Origin: an uncultured Acidobacteriota bacterium
GTDB lineage: Bacteria > Acidobacteriota > Vicinamibacteria > Fen-336
NCBI GenBank assembly: GCA_963732935.1
Contig: CAVTBK010000005.1
Coordinates: 528,736 to 592,735, forward strand
Direction of reading: 5' to 3'
DNA length: 64,000 nucleotides
The notes beneath the pieces are model-generated. The model saw nothing but the letters and a program-made list of their open reading frames with translations, had not been told where the DNA came from and searched no databases. The position numbers and the translations under genes are program-made. This document shows, one piece after another, positions 37,634 through 49,383 of the stretch (its first letter is position 1; each line of letters starts with the position of its first letter).

Positions 37634-40471
37634 ATGACGACGGAGAGGCCTGGTCGCGTCCCCGCCGCAACCTACCGGCTTCAGCTGAACCGAGACCTGC
37701 CCTTCGTGAAGGCCCGGGGGATCGTCAGTTACCTCGAGGCCCTCGGGGTGAGCGACGTCTACGCCTCGCCCATCTTCAAGGCACGGCCCGGCAGCAGCCA
37801 CGGCTACGACGTGCTGGACCACTCCGAGGTGAATCCCGAGCTCGGGGGCGAAGAGGCTCTGCGGGCGCTCGCGGCCGAGCTCGCCGCGCGCGGCATGGGC
37901 CTGGTCATCGACCTCGTGCCCAACCACATGTGCGTCGCCGGGGCGGAGAACCGCGCCTGGCTGGACGTGCTCGAGAACGGTCCCAGCTCGTCCTTCGCCT
38001 GCTTCTTCGACATCGACTGGAGCCCGCCCAAGGAGGACCTGCGCGACAAGGTGCTCTTCCCGATCCTGGGCGACCAGTACGGCCGCGTGCTCGAGAACGG
38101 CGAGATCCGGGTGGAGCGCGCGGGCGGCAGCTTCGTCGCCCGTTACTACGAGCATCTGCTGCCGCTCGCCCCCAAGAGCTGGACAGTGATCCTGGAGCCC
38201 GTGCGGGCGCGCCTGGAGGCCGAGCGGGAGCCGGAAGACCCGGACCGCGTGGAGCTCGAGAGCGTCCTGACCGCGATCGCGCACCTGCCCGCGCGCTCCG
38301 AGCGCGACCCCGCTCTCGTGCAGGAACGCCAGCGGGAGAAGGAGGTCGTGAAGCGCCGGCTGGGCGCGCTGCTCGACGCCTCGGCCCTGGTGCGCGAGGC
38401 CGTCATGGGCTCGCTCGACGATCTCAACGGTCGGCCGGGCGAGCCGAGGAGCTTCGACCGCCTGGAGGCGCTGCTGGCCGACCAAGCCTACCGCCTCAGC
38501 CATTGGCGGGTCGCCAGCGACGAGATCAACTATCGCCGCTTCTTCGACGTCGACGAGCTGGCGGCGATCCGGGTGGAAGACCCCGAGGTCTTCACGGCGC
38601 TGCACGCGCTGCCACTGCGCCTGGCCGGCGAGGGGATCGTGACCGGCTTCCGCATCGACCACGTGGACGGGCTGCTCGATCCCGCCGACTACCTGCAGAA
38701 GCTGCCCCGCGAGGTGTACACGGTCGTCGAGAAGATCCTGATGGGCGACGAGCGGCTGCGGCCGGACTGGGCCACGCAGGGTACGACCGGCTATGACTTC
38801 CTCAACGCCACGGGCGCCCTCTTCGTGGAGCCGGCCTCGCGGGCGGCGCTGCTCGGGATCTACTCGCGGTTCACCGGGCAGAGCGAGCGCTTCGCGGACG
38901 TCGTCTACGAGTGCAAGAAGCTGGTGATGGACGTCTCGCTCTCGAGCGAGGTCACCATGCTGGCGCGGCGCCTCGACCGCATCTCGGAGCAGCTTCGCTA
39001 CTCGCGGGACTTCACCCTGAGCAGCCAACAGGCCGCCCTGGCGGAGGTGATCGCCTGCTTCCCCGTCTACCGCAGCTACATCCGTTCGGACGGTCCGATC
39101 GACGCCGAGGACCGCCGCAACGTGCGGTTCGCCCTGCGCCGCGCCCGGCGCCGCAACCCGGCCATGGACCGCTCACTCTTCCAGTTCATCGGCTCCGTGC
39201 TCCTGCTCGAGGAGCAGGAGGGGCTCGACCCGGCCGCCCGGGCCGAGCGCCTCGACTTCACGATGCGCTTCCAGCAGCTGACCGGCCCCGTGATGGCGAA
39301 GGGGCTCGAGGACACGGCCCACTATCGCTTCTTTCCACTGGCCTCGCTCAACGAGGTCGGAGGCGAGCCGGAGCTGCGTGCCGACGCCCGGGAGCGCTTC
39401 CACTCCGCGAACGCCGAACGGCGCGGGAGCTGGCCCCGCGCGCTCCTCGCCACCTCCACCCACGACAGCAAGCGCGACGAGGACGTGCGCGCCCGGATCA
39501 GCGTCGTCTCGGAGCTGCCCGATCGCTGGGGAGACACGCTCGAGCGCTGGCGGGAGCTGAACCGCGCCCACAAGACGCTGCTGGACGAGGCCGAGGCACC
39601 CGACGGCAACGACGAGTACCTCTTCTACCAGACGCTGGTCGGGACCTGGCCCCCCTCCCTGGCCGCACGGGGACCACGCGACGACTACCTCGAGCGGATC
39701 CAGGAGTACCTGCGGAAGGCATCGCGCGAGGCCAAGGTCCACACCAGCTGGGTGAGCCCGAATGAGGCCTACGAGCAGGCAATGCGGGAATTCGTGGCCG
39801 CCGCGCTCGACTCGGACCCGAAGAACGACTTTCCGGACGACCTCGTCCGCTTCCTCGACGGCGTGCTGCTTCCGGGCTTGTGGGGCGCGGTCTCGCAGAC
39901 AATCCTGAAGGTGGCCGCGCCGGGTGTCCCCGACTTCTACCAGGGCACGGAGCTGCCGGAGTTCCACCTGGTGGATCCGGACAACCGCCACCCGGTGGAT
40001 TTCGAGAGCCGCCGCGCCCTGCTCGCCGGGCTCCAGGACGAGGCGCGCCAGGACGCGCCCGGCCTCGCCTCACGGCTCCTCGCGGCCACCGACGGCCGCC
40101 TCAAGCTGTGGGCGACCCACCGCGCGCTGGGCCTGCGGCGGAGCCGCTCTGCCCTCTTCGAGGAGGGGGCCTACCTGCCGCTCGCCGCTTCCGGTCCGAG
40201 GGGTGCGGAGACGGTCGCCTTCGCTCGGCGCCACGACCGAGCCACCGTGCTCGCCGTGGTCGGCCGATTCTTCACCCGGCTCCCCTCGCCGCCCACCGGC
40301 GAGGCGGCCTGGGGGGACTCGACGGTCGGGCTCTTCCCCGGCGCCTCCGGACTCTGGCGCGACGCGCTCTCCGGACACGAGGTGCGGACGGACGGTGCTG
40401 CGGAGCCGAGCCTGCCGCTGGCCGAGGTCTTCCGCCACCTGCCGGTGGCGCTGCTGGAGAACGTACCTTGA
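37634..40471 (+). CDS. treY: Malto-oligosyltrehalose synthase
   Basis: [60 protein letters not shown] is the TreY N-terminus. About 945 aa. Confidence 0.9.
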   Translation: MTTERPGRVPAATYRLQLNRDLPFVKARGIVSYLEALGVSDVYASPIFKARPGSSHGYDVLDHSEVNPELGGEEALRALAAELAARGMGLVIDLVPNHMCVAGAENRAWLDVLENGPSSSFACFFDIDWSPPKEDLRDKVLFPILGDQYGRVLENGEIRVERAGGSFVARYYEHLLPLAPKSWTVILEPVRARLEAEREPEDPDRVELESVLTAIAHLPARSERDPALVQERQREKEVVKRRLGALLDASALVREAVMGSLDDLNGRPGEPRSFDRLEALLADQAYRLSHWRVASDEINYRRFFDVDELAAIRVEDPEVFTALHALPLRLAGEGIVTGFRIDHVDGLLDPADYLQKLPREVYTVVEKILMGDERLRPDWATQGTTGYDFLNATGALFVEPASRAALLGIYSRFTGQSERFADVVYECKKLVMDVSLSSEVTMLARRLDRISEQLRYSRDFTLSSQQAALAEVIACFPVYRSYIRSDGPIDAEDRRNVRFALRRARRRNPAMDRSLFQFIGSVLLLEEQEGLDPAARAERLDFTMRFQQLTGPVMAKGLEDTAHYRFFPLASLNEVGGEPELRADARERFHSANAERRGSWPRALLATSTHDSKRDEDVRARISVVSELPDRWGDTLERWRELNRAHKTLLDEAEAPDGNDEYLFYQTLVGTWPPSLAARGPRDDYLERIQEYLRKASREAKVHTSWVSPNEAYEQAMREFVAAALDSDPKNDFPDDLVRFLDGVLLPGLWGAVSQTILKVAAPGVPDFYQGTELPEFHLVDPDNRHPVDFESRRALLAGLQDEARQDAPGLASRLLAATDGRLKLWATHRALGLRRSRSALFEEGAYLPLAASGPRGAETVAFARRHDRATVLAVVGRFFTRLPSPPTGEAAWGDSTVGLFPGASGLWRDALSGHEVRTDGAAEPSLPLAEVFRHLPVALLENVP

Positions 40472-42627
40472 GCCCGATCCGCGTCTGGCCGGGCCAACCC
40501 TACCCATTGGGAGCGACCTGGGACGGGCTGGGCGTCAACTTTGCCCTCTTCTCGGAACACGCGACCGCCGTCGAGCTGTGTCTGTTCGGCTCGCCCGAGG
40601 ACGAGCGCGAGACGATCCGCGTCGCGGTCCCGGAGCGCACGGACCTCGTCTGGCACGTCTATCTGCCCGACGTGGAACCGGGACAGATCTACGGCTACCG
40701 CGTGCACGGGCCCTACCAGCCGGAGGCCGGACACCGTTTCAATCCCGCCAAGGTCCTGCTCGATCCCTATGCCAAGGCCGTCGCCCGCACCATCCGCTGG
40801 ACCGACGAGATGTTCGGCTACCGGATCGGCGACCCCGAGGCCGACCTCTCCCGCGACGACCGCGACAACGCGCACGTCGCCCCGCTGGCCACGATCGTCG
40901 ACTCCGCCTTCACCTGGGGAGACGACGCGCCGCCGCGCACCCCCTGGCACGAGACCGTCATCTACGAGCTGCACGTGAAGGGCTTCACCAGGCTCCACCC
41001 CGACGTGCCCCTCGAGCTCCAGGGCACCTACGCGGGGCTTGCCAGCGAGGCGCCCATCGAGCACCTCAAGAGCCTCGGCATCACGGCCGTCGAGCTGCTG
41101 CCGGTCCATCATCACGCCTACGAGCGGCACCTGGTGGAGAGGGGCCTCACGAACTACTGGGGCTACAACACCCTCGCCTTCTTCGCCCCCGACACCCGTT
41201 ACTCGGCGTCAAGGACCCCGCTCGGGTCGGTGCGCGAGTTCAAGATGATGGTGCGCGCCCTGCACGCGGCGGGGATCGAGGTGATCCTGGACGTGGTCTA
41301 CAACCACACCGCCGAGGGGAGCCATCAGGGTCCAACCCTGTCCCTGCGCGGGATCGACAACCGGTCCTACTACCGCCTGGTCCCCGACGAGCCGCGCTAC
41401 TACATGGACTTCACCGGTTGCGGCAACACGCTCAACATGCTGAGCCCGCGTGTGCTGCAGATGATCATGGACTCCCTCCGCTACTGGGTGATGGAGATGC
41501 ACGTGGATGGCTTCCGCTTCGACCTCGCGAGCGCCCTCGCCCGGGAGCTGTACGAGGTCGACCGACTGTCCGCCTTCTTCGACGTCATCCACCAGGACCC
41601 GGTCCTCTCCCAGGTCAAGCTGATCGCGGAGCCCTGGGACCTGGGCGAGGGCGGCTACCAGGTGGGCAACTTCCCGGTGGGCTGGACCGAGTGGAATGGA
41701 CGCTACCGGGACTCGGTGCGCCGTTTCTGGCGAGGCGAAGGGGGAGCCGTCTCGGAGCTGGCCACCCGGATCGCCGGCAGCAGCGATCTCTACGGCAGCA
41801 CCGGCCGGCGGCCCTACGCGAGCGTCAACTTCGTCACCTGCCACGACGGCTTCACCCTCCACGACCTGGTCAGCTACGAGGAGAAGCACAACGAGGCGAA
41901 CGGCGACGAGAACCGGGACGGCGAGAGTCACAACCTGAGCTGGAACTGCGGCGCCGAGGGCGAGACCGACGACCCGGCCATCCTCGCCCTGCGTGCGCGC
42001 CAGATGCGCAACTTCCTGGCAACGCTCCTGCTCTCGCAGGGCGTGCCCATGCTCAGCATGGGCGACGAGCTCGGCCGCAGCCAGCGGGGCAACAACAACG
42101 CCTACTGCCAGGACAGCGAGCTGAGCTGGCTCGACTGGACGCAGACGCCCGCCCGGAGGGACCTCCTGGCCTTCACCCGCTGCGTGCTCGACCTGCAGCG
42201 TCACCATCCCGTCTTCCGGCGCCGCACCTTCTTCCAGGGACGGTCGATCCGGGGCGCCGAGGTGAAGGACCTGACCTGGTTCGATCCCGCCGGCAACGAG
42301 ATGACGGACGAGGCCTGGAACGCCGGCTTCGTGAAGGCCCTGATGGTCCGTCTCGCGGGCGACGCGATCGCGGAGACCGACAGGCACGGCCACCGCATCG
42401 TGGACGACACCTTCCTGCTGCTGCTGAACGCGTCCGAGGACCCGGTCGTCTTCCGGCTGCCGAACCACCGAGAGGACCTCGCCTGGGAGCGGGTGCTCGA
42501 CACCGCGGAGGCCGACTGGGACCGCCCGTCGCTCCTGCGGAGCGACCGCTACCGGCTGCGGAGCCGGTCGCTGGCCGTGATGCGGGCGAGGCGCCGCGTG
42601 GGAGCACCATCAGGCGAGGCACCGTGA
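40468..42627 (+). CDS. glgX: Glycogen debranching enzyme (GlgX/TreX)
   Basis: [39 protein letters not shown]... in a GH13 fold. The TTG start overlaps the treY stop. Confidence 0.9.
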   Translation: MSPIRVWPGQPYPLGATWDGLGVNFALFSEHATAVELCLFGSPEDERETIRVAVPERTDLVWHVYLPDVEPGQIYGYRVHGPYQPEAGHRFNPAKVLLDPYAKAVARTIRWTDEMFGYRIGDPEADLSRDDRDNAHVAPLATIVDSAFTWGDDAPPRTPWHETVIYELHVKGFTRLHPDVPLELQGTYAGLASEAPIEHLKSLGITAVELLPVHHHAYERHLVERGLTNYWGYNTLAFFAPDTRYSASRTPLGSVREFKMMVRALHAAGIEVILDVVYNHTAEGSHQGPTLSLRGIDNRSYYRLVPDEPRYYMDFTGCGNTLNMLSPRVLQMIMDSLRYWVMEMHVDGFRFDLASALARELYEVDRLSAFFDVIHQDPVLSQVKLIAEPWDLGEGGYQVGNFPVGWTEWNGRYRDSVRRFWRGEGGAVSELATRIAGSSDLYGSTGRRPYASVNFVTCHDGFTLHDLVSYEEKHNEANGDENRDGESHNLSWNCGAEGETDDPAILALRARQMRNFLATLLLSQGVPMLSMGDELGRSQRGNNNAYCQDSELSWLDWTQTPARRDLLAFTRCVLDLQRHHPVFRRRTFFQGRSIRGAEVKDLTWFDPAGNEMTDEAWNAGFVKALMVRLAGDAIAETDRHGHRIVDDTFLLLLNASEDPVVFRLPNHREDLAWERVLDTAEADWDRPSLLRSDRYRLRSRSLAVMRARRRVGAPSGEAP

Positions 42628-44474
42628 CCGCACGGTCCTGGAGGCTGGGGGCGACCTGCGAAACGGGGGGCGTGCGCTTCCGTGTCTGGGCGCCGGAGCG
42701 GAGCCGCCTCGATCTCGTCGTGGAGACGGCGGGGCGGGAGGCGGCGCACGCCCTGAGCAAGGACGAAGACGGCTGCTTCGAGGGCTTCGTGGCGGGACTC
42801 GGTCCGGGCGACCTCTACCGCTATCGGCTGGACGGCGAGGGTCCCTTCCCCGACCCGGCCTCGCGCTTCCAGCCTCGTGGCGTCCACGGTCCGTCCCAGG
42901 TCGTCGATCCGAGGCGCTTCGCCTGGGCGGACGCCGGATGGGCCGGCCTCCCGCTCTCCGAGCTCGTCGTCTACGAGCTCCATGTCGGCACCTTCTCACC
43001 GGCCGGGAGCTTCGAAGGCGTCGCCGAGAAGCTCCCGGATCTCGTCGATCTCGGCGTGACCGCCATCGAGCTGATGCCGGTCGCGGACTTCGCCGGCTCG
43101 CGCAACTGGGGCTACGACGGCGTTTCTCTCTTCGCCCCCGCGCGCTGCTACGGAGGGCCCGACCAGCTCCGTCGGCTCGTGGACGAGGCCCATCGACTCG
43201 GCCTGGGCGTCCTGCTCGACGTCGTCTACAACCACTTCGGTCCTGACGGGGCCTACTGGGCCCTCTACAGCCCCTACTACTTCTCGAAGGAGCACACGAC
43301 CCCGTGGGGCGCGGCGCTCAACCTCGACGGGCCCGAGAGCCGCCCCGTGCGCGACTTCTTCGTGGAGAACGCCGTCCGCTGGCTGGAGGAGTACCACCTC
43401 GACGGTCTGCGCCTCGACGCCACCCACGCGCTCGTCGACGACGGCCCGCGCCACTTGCTGGCCGAGCTGCAGTCGCGCGCACGGGAGGCAGTGGCGCGGC
43501 CGCTGCTCCTGATCGCGGAGGACCACAGGAACCTCGCGTCCATGCTCCGGCCCGAGAGCGAGGGAGGCTGGGGCCTCGACGCCGTCTGGGCCGACGACTT
43601 CCATCACGAGCTGCGGCGCGCCCTGGCCGGCGATCACGAGGGCTACTACGCCGACTTCACCGGCTCCGCGGCCGACGTCGCCGCGACGGTCCGGGACGGC
43701 TGGTTCTTCAAGGGACAGCCCTCACGGCACCTGGGCGGTCCCCGGGGCACGGACCCGTCGGGCCTCGACAAGGAGCGCTTCGTCGTCTGCATCCAGAACC
43801 ACGACCAGGTGGGCAACCGCGCGCTCGGCGAGCGGCTGCACCACCAGATCGAGCCGGCCGCCTACCGCGCCGCCACCGCCCTGCTCCTGTGCGCGCCCGA
43901 GACGCCGCTCCTCTTCATGGGGCAGGAGTGGGCCGCGCCGGAGCCGTTCCTCTTCTTCACCGACCACGAGCCGGGACTGGGCGGTCTCGTCACCGAGGGT
44001 CGGCGACGGGAGTTCCGGCGCTTCTCCTCCTTCTCCGATCCTGAGGCACGCGAGCGGATCCCCGATCCGCAGGCGGAGGTGACCTTCGCCCGCAGCCGGC
44101 TCGACTGGGCCTACCGCGGCCGGGAGCCGTACGCCGCGACTCTCCGCCTCTATCGGGCGCTGCTGCGCCTGCGCCGGGAGCAGGCCCTGCTCCGCGCCGC
44201 GCAACGCCGCGTGCGTGTCGAGGCGCCGGGCGAGGACGCGGTCGTGCTCGAGTACGGGGCTGGACCGCAGGCGCTCCTGGTCGTGGTGCGTCTCCGAGGG
44301 GCCGGCCCCATCGAGGTCGTCCCGGCCGGGGGAAGCGAGCGCTCCTGGGTCCCCGTCCTGAGCACCGAGGACCCGGCCTTCGCCTCGGACGCGCGGGAGA
44401 TCTCGATTGCCCGCTCCACGGCGGGCCTCGCGCTCGGCTTCGCACGCCCGGGGGCGATCGTGCTCAGGGGCTGA
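42624..44474 (+). CDS. treZ: Malto-oligosyltrehalose trehalohydrolase
   Basis: [12 protein letters not shown]...[17 protein letters not shown]...[20 protein letters not shown]. The GTG start overlaps the glgX TGA (GTGA). Confidence 0.9.
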   Translation: MTARSWRLGATCETGGVRFRVWAPERSRLDLVVETAGREAAHALSKDEDGCFEGFVAGLGPGDLYRYRLDGEGPFPDPASRFQPRGVHGPSQVVDPRRFAWADAGWAGLPLSELVVYELHVGTFSPAGSFEGVAEKLPDLVDLGVTAIELMPVADFAGSRNWGYDGVSLFAPARCYGGPDQLRRLVDEAHRLGLGVLLDVVYNHFGPDGAYWALYSPYYFSKEHTTPWGAALNLDGPESRPVRDFFVENAVRWLEEYHLDGLRLDATHALVDDGPRHLLAELQSRAREAVARPLLLIAEDHRNLASMLRPESEGGWGLDAVWADDFHHELRRALAGDHEGYYADFTGSAADVAATVRDGWFFKGQPSRHLGGPRGTDPSGLDKERFVVCIQNHDQVGNRALGERLHHQIEPAAYRAATALLLCAPETPLLFMGQEWAAPEPFLFFTDHEPGLGGLVTEGRRREFRRFSSFSDPEARERIPDPQAEVTFARSRLDWAYRGREPYAATLRLYRALLRLRREQALLRAAQRRVRVEAPGEDAVVLEYGAGPQALLVVVRLRGAGPIEVVPAGGSERSWVPVLSTEDPAFASDAREISIARSTAGLALGFARPGAIVLRG

Positions 44475-44483
44475 GCCACCCCG

Positions 44484-45158
44484 CTAGTCGGGCTTGCGCT
44501 TCCGCTTCTCGAAGAGCTCCTCCCAGCCCCGTTGGATCGCCTTCGTCGAGCCGAGGCCGATCGAGATCGCGAAGGCGACACCCATGGCGCCGAAGGCGAT
44601 CACGAAGCCGGAGAGCACGATCTGGCGGGCGAAGTTCAGCTCCCAGAGGGCGAGCGCCGCCACCACCGCGAGCAGCACGGCCTTCAGGCCCTTGCCCACC
44701 AGCCGCGCGTAGCCGATCTCCTCCTCCTCGAGGGCGGCCTCGGCCCGCGCGGCCGCCGCGTTGGCGACCGCGATACCCGCCGCCACGATGAACGCGGCCA
44801 TCGCCAGCCGCGGCAGCGCCACCACGACCCCGTCGATCAGCCGCGACAGGACCGCGAGCCCCCAGATGGTGAGGGCGTTGTCCAGGAACACCAGCACCAC
44901 CAGGACGAACGCCGCCGTCCCCAGCAGGTCGAAGAGGGCGGCCCGCAGGTCGCCCTTGCCGAACACCGATCGCCATCCCACGCGTCCCGCCAGCCGGTCG
45001 AGACGGAGCCAGATCAGGACGCGGACCACCGCCCGCTTGGCCAGCCACCCGAGGACGAGCCCCAGGCCCAGCACCAGCAGGCCCGCCGCCAGCGTGGGCA
45101 GGTAGTCGGCGAACCGATGGAAGAGGCCCGTCACCGGCTCCGTCATCGGCTGTTGCAT
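44484..45158 (-). CDS. Conserved TM-helix repeat membrane protein (paralog of 29147-29833)
   Basis: MQQPMTEPVTGLFHRFADYLPTLAAGLLVLGLGLVLGWLAKRAV.... Confidence 0.6.
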   Translation of the reverse strand: MQQPMTEPVTGLFHRFADYLPTLAAGLLVLGLGLVLGWLAKRAVVRVLIWLRLDRLAGRVGWRSVFGKGDLRAALFDLLGTAAFVLVVLVFLDNALTIWGLAVLSRLIDGVVVALPRLAMAAFIVAAGIAVANAAAARAEAALEEEEIGYARLVGKGLKAVLLAVVAALALWELNFARQIVLSGFVIAFGAMGVAFAISIGLGSTKAIQRGWEELFEKRKRKPD

Positions 45159-45183
45159 GACGTTCTCGCTCCTGGCGAAGACC

Positions 45184-47430
45184 CTAGCTCCTGGCGAAGA
45201 AGAGACGCTCGAAGCGGTGCGCGCGGCGCGGCTCCACCCCCCGCACCACGATCACGGCGTTGCGGCCGGTGCGGGCGATGGCCCCGGGTACCGTCTCGCC
45301 CACGATCGCGGCGACCGGCCCGTCGCTCGGCGCCCCCATCAGCACCAGGTCTCCGCGGTGGATCGCCCGGATCAGCCCGCCGCTCACCTCCCGGCGCCGC
45401 AGCACCTCGAGGTTGGTCACCAGCCCCGCGGCCTCGAGGGTCGCGCTCGCCTCGGTGGTGTGGCGTTCGGCCTCGTCCGGGCTCATCCCCGCCTCGACCA
45501 CCGTCACCGCCCGGGTGGGCACGGAGAAGTGCTCGGCGAAGGCGGGCGCTAGCTCGGCGGCGAGACGTGGGTTCGCCCGTCCCGTAACCGGCACCAGCAC
45601 GGCCTTGATCCGCTCGACCTGGAGGCGCCCGTAGACGATCCCCACGTGGCAGGGCGCGTCCTGGAGCACCCGTTCGACGATCGAGGCGAAGATGCGCTCG
45701 AGCGCGGAGCCCCAGGTGGGTTGCCCGATCAGGAGGAAGTTGCACTCCTCCTCGCGGGCCGTCTCCACGATCCCGTGGCTGATGCGGCGGGCGATCCGGA
45801 TCACCGGCGTCACCCGGACGCCCCTCTCCTCCCCGTAGCGGACGGCCTCCTCGAGCAGGGGCTCGAGAGTACGCGCGAGGCCGCGCCCGGACATGAGCGT
45901 CTGGCCCTCGGGTACCTCCGCCACGGTCACCGCGACGATCTCCCCGTCGTGGCGGCGCGCGATCGCGATGGCCGCCTCCATCAGCGACGCCATGGTACGC
46001 GGGCTCGAGACGGCCACCAGCACCCGGTACTCCTGGCGCTCGATCCGCTCCATCCACTTCTCGCGCTCGACGAAGGCCGCTTCGCGCTTGCGGGAGTAGC
46101 CGTAGTAGACGACCAGCCCCACACCGATCCAGCCGCCCGCAGCCAGCCAGCTGAGCGGGTAGTGGGTGAACAGGAAGACCGCCAGGAAGAGCATGGTGGC
46201 GATCGCGAGCCCGGGCACGAAGGGCACCCAGGGTACGCGAAAGCCGCGGTCGAGATTCGGCCGCCGCCGGCGCAGTTGGACGAGCGCCAGGTTCACCTGC
46301 ACGAACAGGAGCAGGAACATGATGTCCGCCGCCGCCGCCACGTCTTCGATCGGCAGCAGCGCGGCCATCACGATCACGATCACGGCGGAGGCGAGGATCG
46401 CCACGTGGGGCGTCGCGCGCTTCTCGTGCACGCGACCCAGGATCTGAGGCAGGTTGGCGTCGCGGGCCATGGCGAAAGCCACCCGCGACGACGAGTAGAT
46501 GGTGGCGTTGAGCGCCGAGAGGGTGGAAAGCAGCCCCCCCACCAGGATCGCGATCCCGCCGCCGTGCACGAACTGGTTGGCGGCCGAGACGAGCGCCAGC
46601 TCCCTCTCGCGCGCCAGGTACTCGGTGATCGTGAGGCCGGCCGGCGGCACGACGGCGCCGATCGCCACCACCGCCACCAGCAGGTAGATGGGGACGACGA
46701 TCAGCAGGGACAGGAACACGGCGCGCGGCACGTTGCGCTTCGGGTTCTCCACCTCCTCGCTGGTCTGGGCGATGATCTCGTAGCCCTCGAAGGCGATGAA
46801 GGTGAGGCCCATCGCCGCGAAGACACCACCCCAGCCGTGGCTCAAGAAGGGCGTGAAGGCCGCCTGGTAGTCCGGCCGGACGCCCATGATCACGAGGCCG
46901 GCGGCCACGAAGAGGGCGATCACCACCACCTTGCCGACGGTGACGACGTTGCCTGCCTTGCCCGCCTCCGAGGCACCGCGGAAGTTGATGTAGGCGAAGA
47001 GCGCGCAGACAACGATCGCCAGCCCCTTCTCGAGGGTGAGGAACCCCCACTCGAAGCGCGGGACGCCCGCCGCGGTCAGCACCAGGCGGAAGTAGGCCCC
47101 GAAGCCGAGGGCGTAGAGCGAGCAGGCCACGGCGTGGGCGAACCACGACATCCAGCCGCTCAGGAAGCCGTTGGGGTCGGGAAGCGACGTCTTGACCCAG
47201 AGGTAGCCCCCGCCCGCGTCGTGAAAGGCGCTGCCCAGCTCCGCGTACGCCATCGCCGTCAGCAGCGCCACGAACCCGTTCAGCAGGAAGACCAGCAGCA
47301 GCGCCGGTCCCGCGACACCGGCCGCGATCCCGGTGAGGACGAAGATGCCGGCGCCGATCATGGCGCCGACCCCGATCATGGTGATGTCGAGGAGGCGCAG
47401 CTCCCGGCTGAGGCGGACTTGCAGGCTCAA
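45184..47430 (-). CDS. APC-family amino acid permease fused to tandem universal stress protein (UspA) domains
   Basis: N-terminal 12-TM permease (LRLLDITMIGVGAMIGAGIFVLTG). C-terminal VLVAVSSPRTMASLMEAAIAIARRHDGEIVAVTV... and a second Usp-like repeat. Confidence 0.85.
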   Translation of the reverse strand: MSLQVRLSRELRLLDITMIGVGAMIGAGIFVLTGIAAGVAGPALLLVFLLNGFVALLTAMAYAELGSAFHDAGGGYLWVKTSLPDPNGFLSGWMSWFAHAVACSLYALGFGAYFRLVLTAAGVPRFEWGFLTLEKGLAIVVCALFAYINFRGASEAGKAGNVVTVGKVVVIALFVAAGLVIMGVRPDYQAAFTPFLSHGWGGVFAAMGLTFIAFEGYEIIAQTSEEVENPKRNVPRAVFLSLLIVVPIYLLVAVVAIGAVVPPAGLTITEYLARERELALVSAANQFVHGGGIAILVGGLLSTLSALNATIYSSSRVAFAMARDANLPQILGRVHEKRATPHVAILASAVIVIVMAALLPIEDVAAAADIMFLLLFVQVNLALVQLRRRRPNLDRGFRVPWVPFVPGLAIATMLFLAVFLFTHYPLSWLAAGGWIGVGLVVYYGYSRKREAAFVEREKWMERIERQEYRVLVAVSSPRTMASLMEAAIAIARRHDGEIVAVTVAEVPEGQTLMSGRGLARTLEPLLEEAVRYGEERGVRVTPVIRIARRISHGIVETAREEECNFLLIGQPTWGSALERIFASIVERVLQDAPCHVGIVYGRLQVERIKAVLVPVTGRANPRLAAELAPAFAEHFSVPTRAVTVVEAGMSPDEAERHTTEASATLEAAGLVTNLEVLRRREVSGGLIRAIHRGDLVLMGAPSDGPVAAIVGETVPGAIARTGRNAVIVVRGVEPRRAHRFERLFFARS

Positions 47431-47513
47431 AGGAGACCCTTCCGTGAGGCCGCAGTCTCGCAGAAGGCGTCGCGCGACTCAATCCCCCTGGGGCCCTAGG
47501 ACGGCGGGATCGG

Positions 47514-47783
47514 TCAGCTCGTGAGCGCGTGCTCCATCTTGTGCTTTGCGTGGTCGAGCTTGTGCTTGGCGGCGTCGAGATCCCGCCCCAACCGGGAGGC
47601 GGTCTGCTCCAGGATGCGCTGCCCGCCGCGGCGGAGCGACCTCTTGCCCTCGTCCAGCCTCCAGCCGATCCGGCGGCGCGTCTCCTGGCCGGAGCTGGGG
47701 GCGGCGAGCAGCCCGACCGTGAGCCCGGCCGCGACGCCCACGACGAGCGCGCCGAGACATGTGAGTTGCTGCTTCATAGACAT
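47514..47783 (-). CDS. YtxH-domain membrane-anchored protein
   Basis: M(S)MKQQLTCLGALVVGVAAGLTVGLLAAPSSGQETRRRIG.... SD GGAGGG immediately upstream. Confidence 0.5.
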   Translation of the reverse strand: MSMKQQLTCLGALVVGVAAGLTVGLLAAPSSGQETRRRIGWRLDEGKRSLRRGGQRILEQTASRLGRDLDAAKHKLDHAKHKMEHALTS

Positions 47784-47989
47784 ACCCTCCTGGAGCAGCG
47801 TCGTGCAACTCCGATGCCGACTTCGTCTCACCGCCTTTTTCGGCGCGGATCCCCCGAACCTGACGACGACCGATTCTCGCCGGAGCGACTGAGCGGGCGT
47901 GATTTCCCGCGGCGTGCGCGGAATCACGCAGGTCCTCCAGTGACCCGCTGGCGACGAGCGCCGGCAGGCGAGGGCTCTGCGAAAGCCCC

Positions 47990-48814
47990 TTGCCGGCACG
48001 AACCTTGAATCTCGAGACCGTGGAGGCTGCCATGGAAACTACTGACCGGGCGAACGAGCCCCGGCCCGTCGCCACCTTCGCGAGCCTCGAGCCGAGGCAG
48101 CCGACGCGTGTCGGCTGGATTCGCGGCCGGGGTGCCCTCGTGTCGTTGGGGCTGCACGCAATCCTGGTCGCGGCCCTGGTCGTGCTGCCTGTCCTCACCT
48201 ACGGCGCGCTGCCGGCGGTCGCGGATCGCGTGACGCGTGCCTTCTTCGCCGAGCCGCTCGAGCGCACGCCGCCTCCTCCGCCGCCTCCGCCGCCCCCGGC
48301 CGCGTCTCGGAGGCCGATCCGCCACACTCCTCCCCCCAAGGTTGACACCTCCCAGCTGGTGGCGCCCGTGGAGGTGCCCGACGTCATCCCGGTCCCCGAG
48401 GAGAGCCTCGATCTAGGCGTCCAGGGCGGCGTGCCCGGCGGCGTCGAGGGAGGCGTTCCGGGCGGCGTCATCGGAGGGATCGTGGGTGGGCTTCCCCAGG
48501 CCCCGCCTCCCCCGCCGCGCCACAGGGTGGTCCGCGTCGGCGGCAACATCCTGGCGCCCGCGCTCCTGAAGAAGGTCGAGCCGGCATACCCCCCGCTCGC
48601 CCGCACCGCGCGCGTCCAGGGCATCGTCATCCTCGAGGCACACGTCGACACGCACGGCAGGGTCGCCGACGTCCAGGTCCTCCGCGGCAACCCGCTGCTC
48701 GATGACGCCGCGCTCGCGGCCGTCCGGCAGTGGCGCTACCGGCCGCTGCTCCTGAACGGCGAACCGACCGAGTTCATCCTCACGGTGACCATGAACTTCC
48801 ACCTGGACACCTGA
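47990..48814 (+). CDS. tonB: Energy transducer TonB
   Basis: TM anchor (ALVSLGLHAILVAALVVL), Pro-rich spacer (PPPPPPPPPPP), and C-terminal TonB domain (...YPPLARTARVQGIVILEAHVDTHGRV...RPLLLNGEP). Confidence 0.8.
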   Translation: MPARTLNLETVEAAMETTDRANEPRPVATFASLEPRQPTRVGWIRGRGALVSLGLHAILVAALVVLPVLTYGALPAVADRVTRAFFAEPLERTPPPPPPPPPPAASRRPIRHTPPPKVDTSQLVAPVEVPDVIPVPEESLDLGVQGGVPGGVEGGVPGGVIGGIVGGLPQAPPPPPRHRVVRVGGNILAPALLKKVEPAYPPLARTARVQGIVILEAHVDTHGRVADVQVLRGNPLLDDAALAAVRQWRYRPLLLNGEPTEFILTVTMNFHLDT

Positions 48815-48850
48815 TCCCGCCCGCGGGCGTGTCCGCTGGTCGCCTGTTCA

Positions 48851-49360
48851 GGGCGCCACCTTCTCCTGGGCCGAGGCCGTGTAGGTGTAGCCGTCATCGT
48901 CTTTGAAACCGAAGCTGACGGTGACGAGGGCCTCCTTGCCGCCGTTGGGGAGGTCGTACCAGACCTGGAAGCCGACCGACGCGTTGCCGTTGGCGGCGAC
49001 CCGGTTGCCGCTGGCCGAGGAGTTGAACCGGTAGTACTCCGTGTCGCCCCCCGAGGGAGTGATCACGATCCCGCCCGAGGCCTGCTGCACCTTGAGGTTG
49101 ACGGAGGTGATGTCCACCGCCTTGCCGCCGGTCTCCTGGATGGTCACGGTGAAGGAGGTGGTCCAGGGGTACTCGTGGGTGGAGATGGTGTCGTCGGGAT
49201 TCGTGACCTGGTACGTGACGCCATGCGACGCAGCGGCGATGGCCGGATCGGGGCTGGCAGTGAGCGTCACCTCGAGCGAGGTGGAGGCGGTGGGAGCGTC
49301 GCAGGCACAGAGGGCGACCGCCGCCAGCAGCAGCGCCGTCCTGGGGAGCTTCGTGATCAT
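48851..49360 (-). CDS. Small secreted protein (signal peptide or possible lipobox ALCAC)
   Basis: MITKLPRTALLLAAVALCACDAPTAST..., 169 aa. This is the real C-terminal part of the over-extended 637-aa track ORF. It lies immediately downstream of bamA. Confidence 0.55.
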
Positions 49361-49383
49361 GGTCTTCTCCTCGAGATCCGTGG

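Noticed and set aside
45646-47499. 617-aa plus-strand ORF
   Set aside because: It is antisense to the APC-Usp permease gene, with His/Arg/Gly/Asp-rich composition. It is a shadow ORF.
48815-48850. Palindrome CGCCCGCGGGCG between the convergent tonB and small secreted protein genes as a bidirectional terminator
   Set aside because: The short GC palindrome has no loop and no T-tract. It is too weak to call without folding or an RNA-end analysis.
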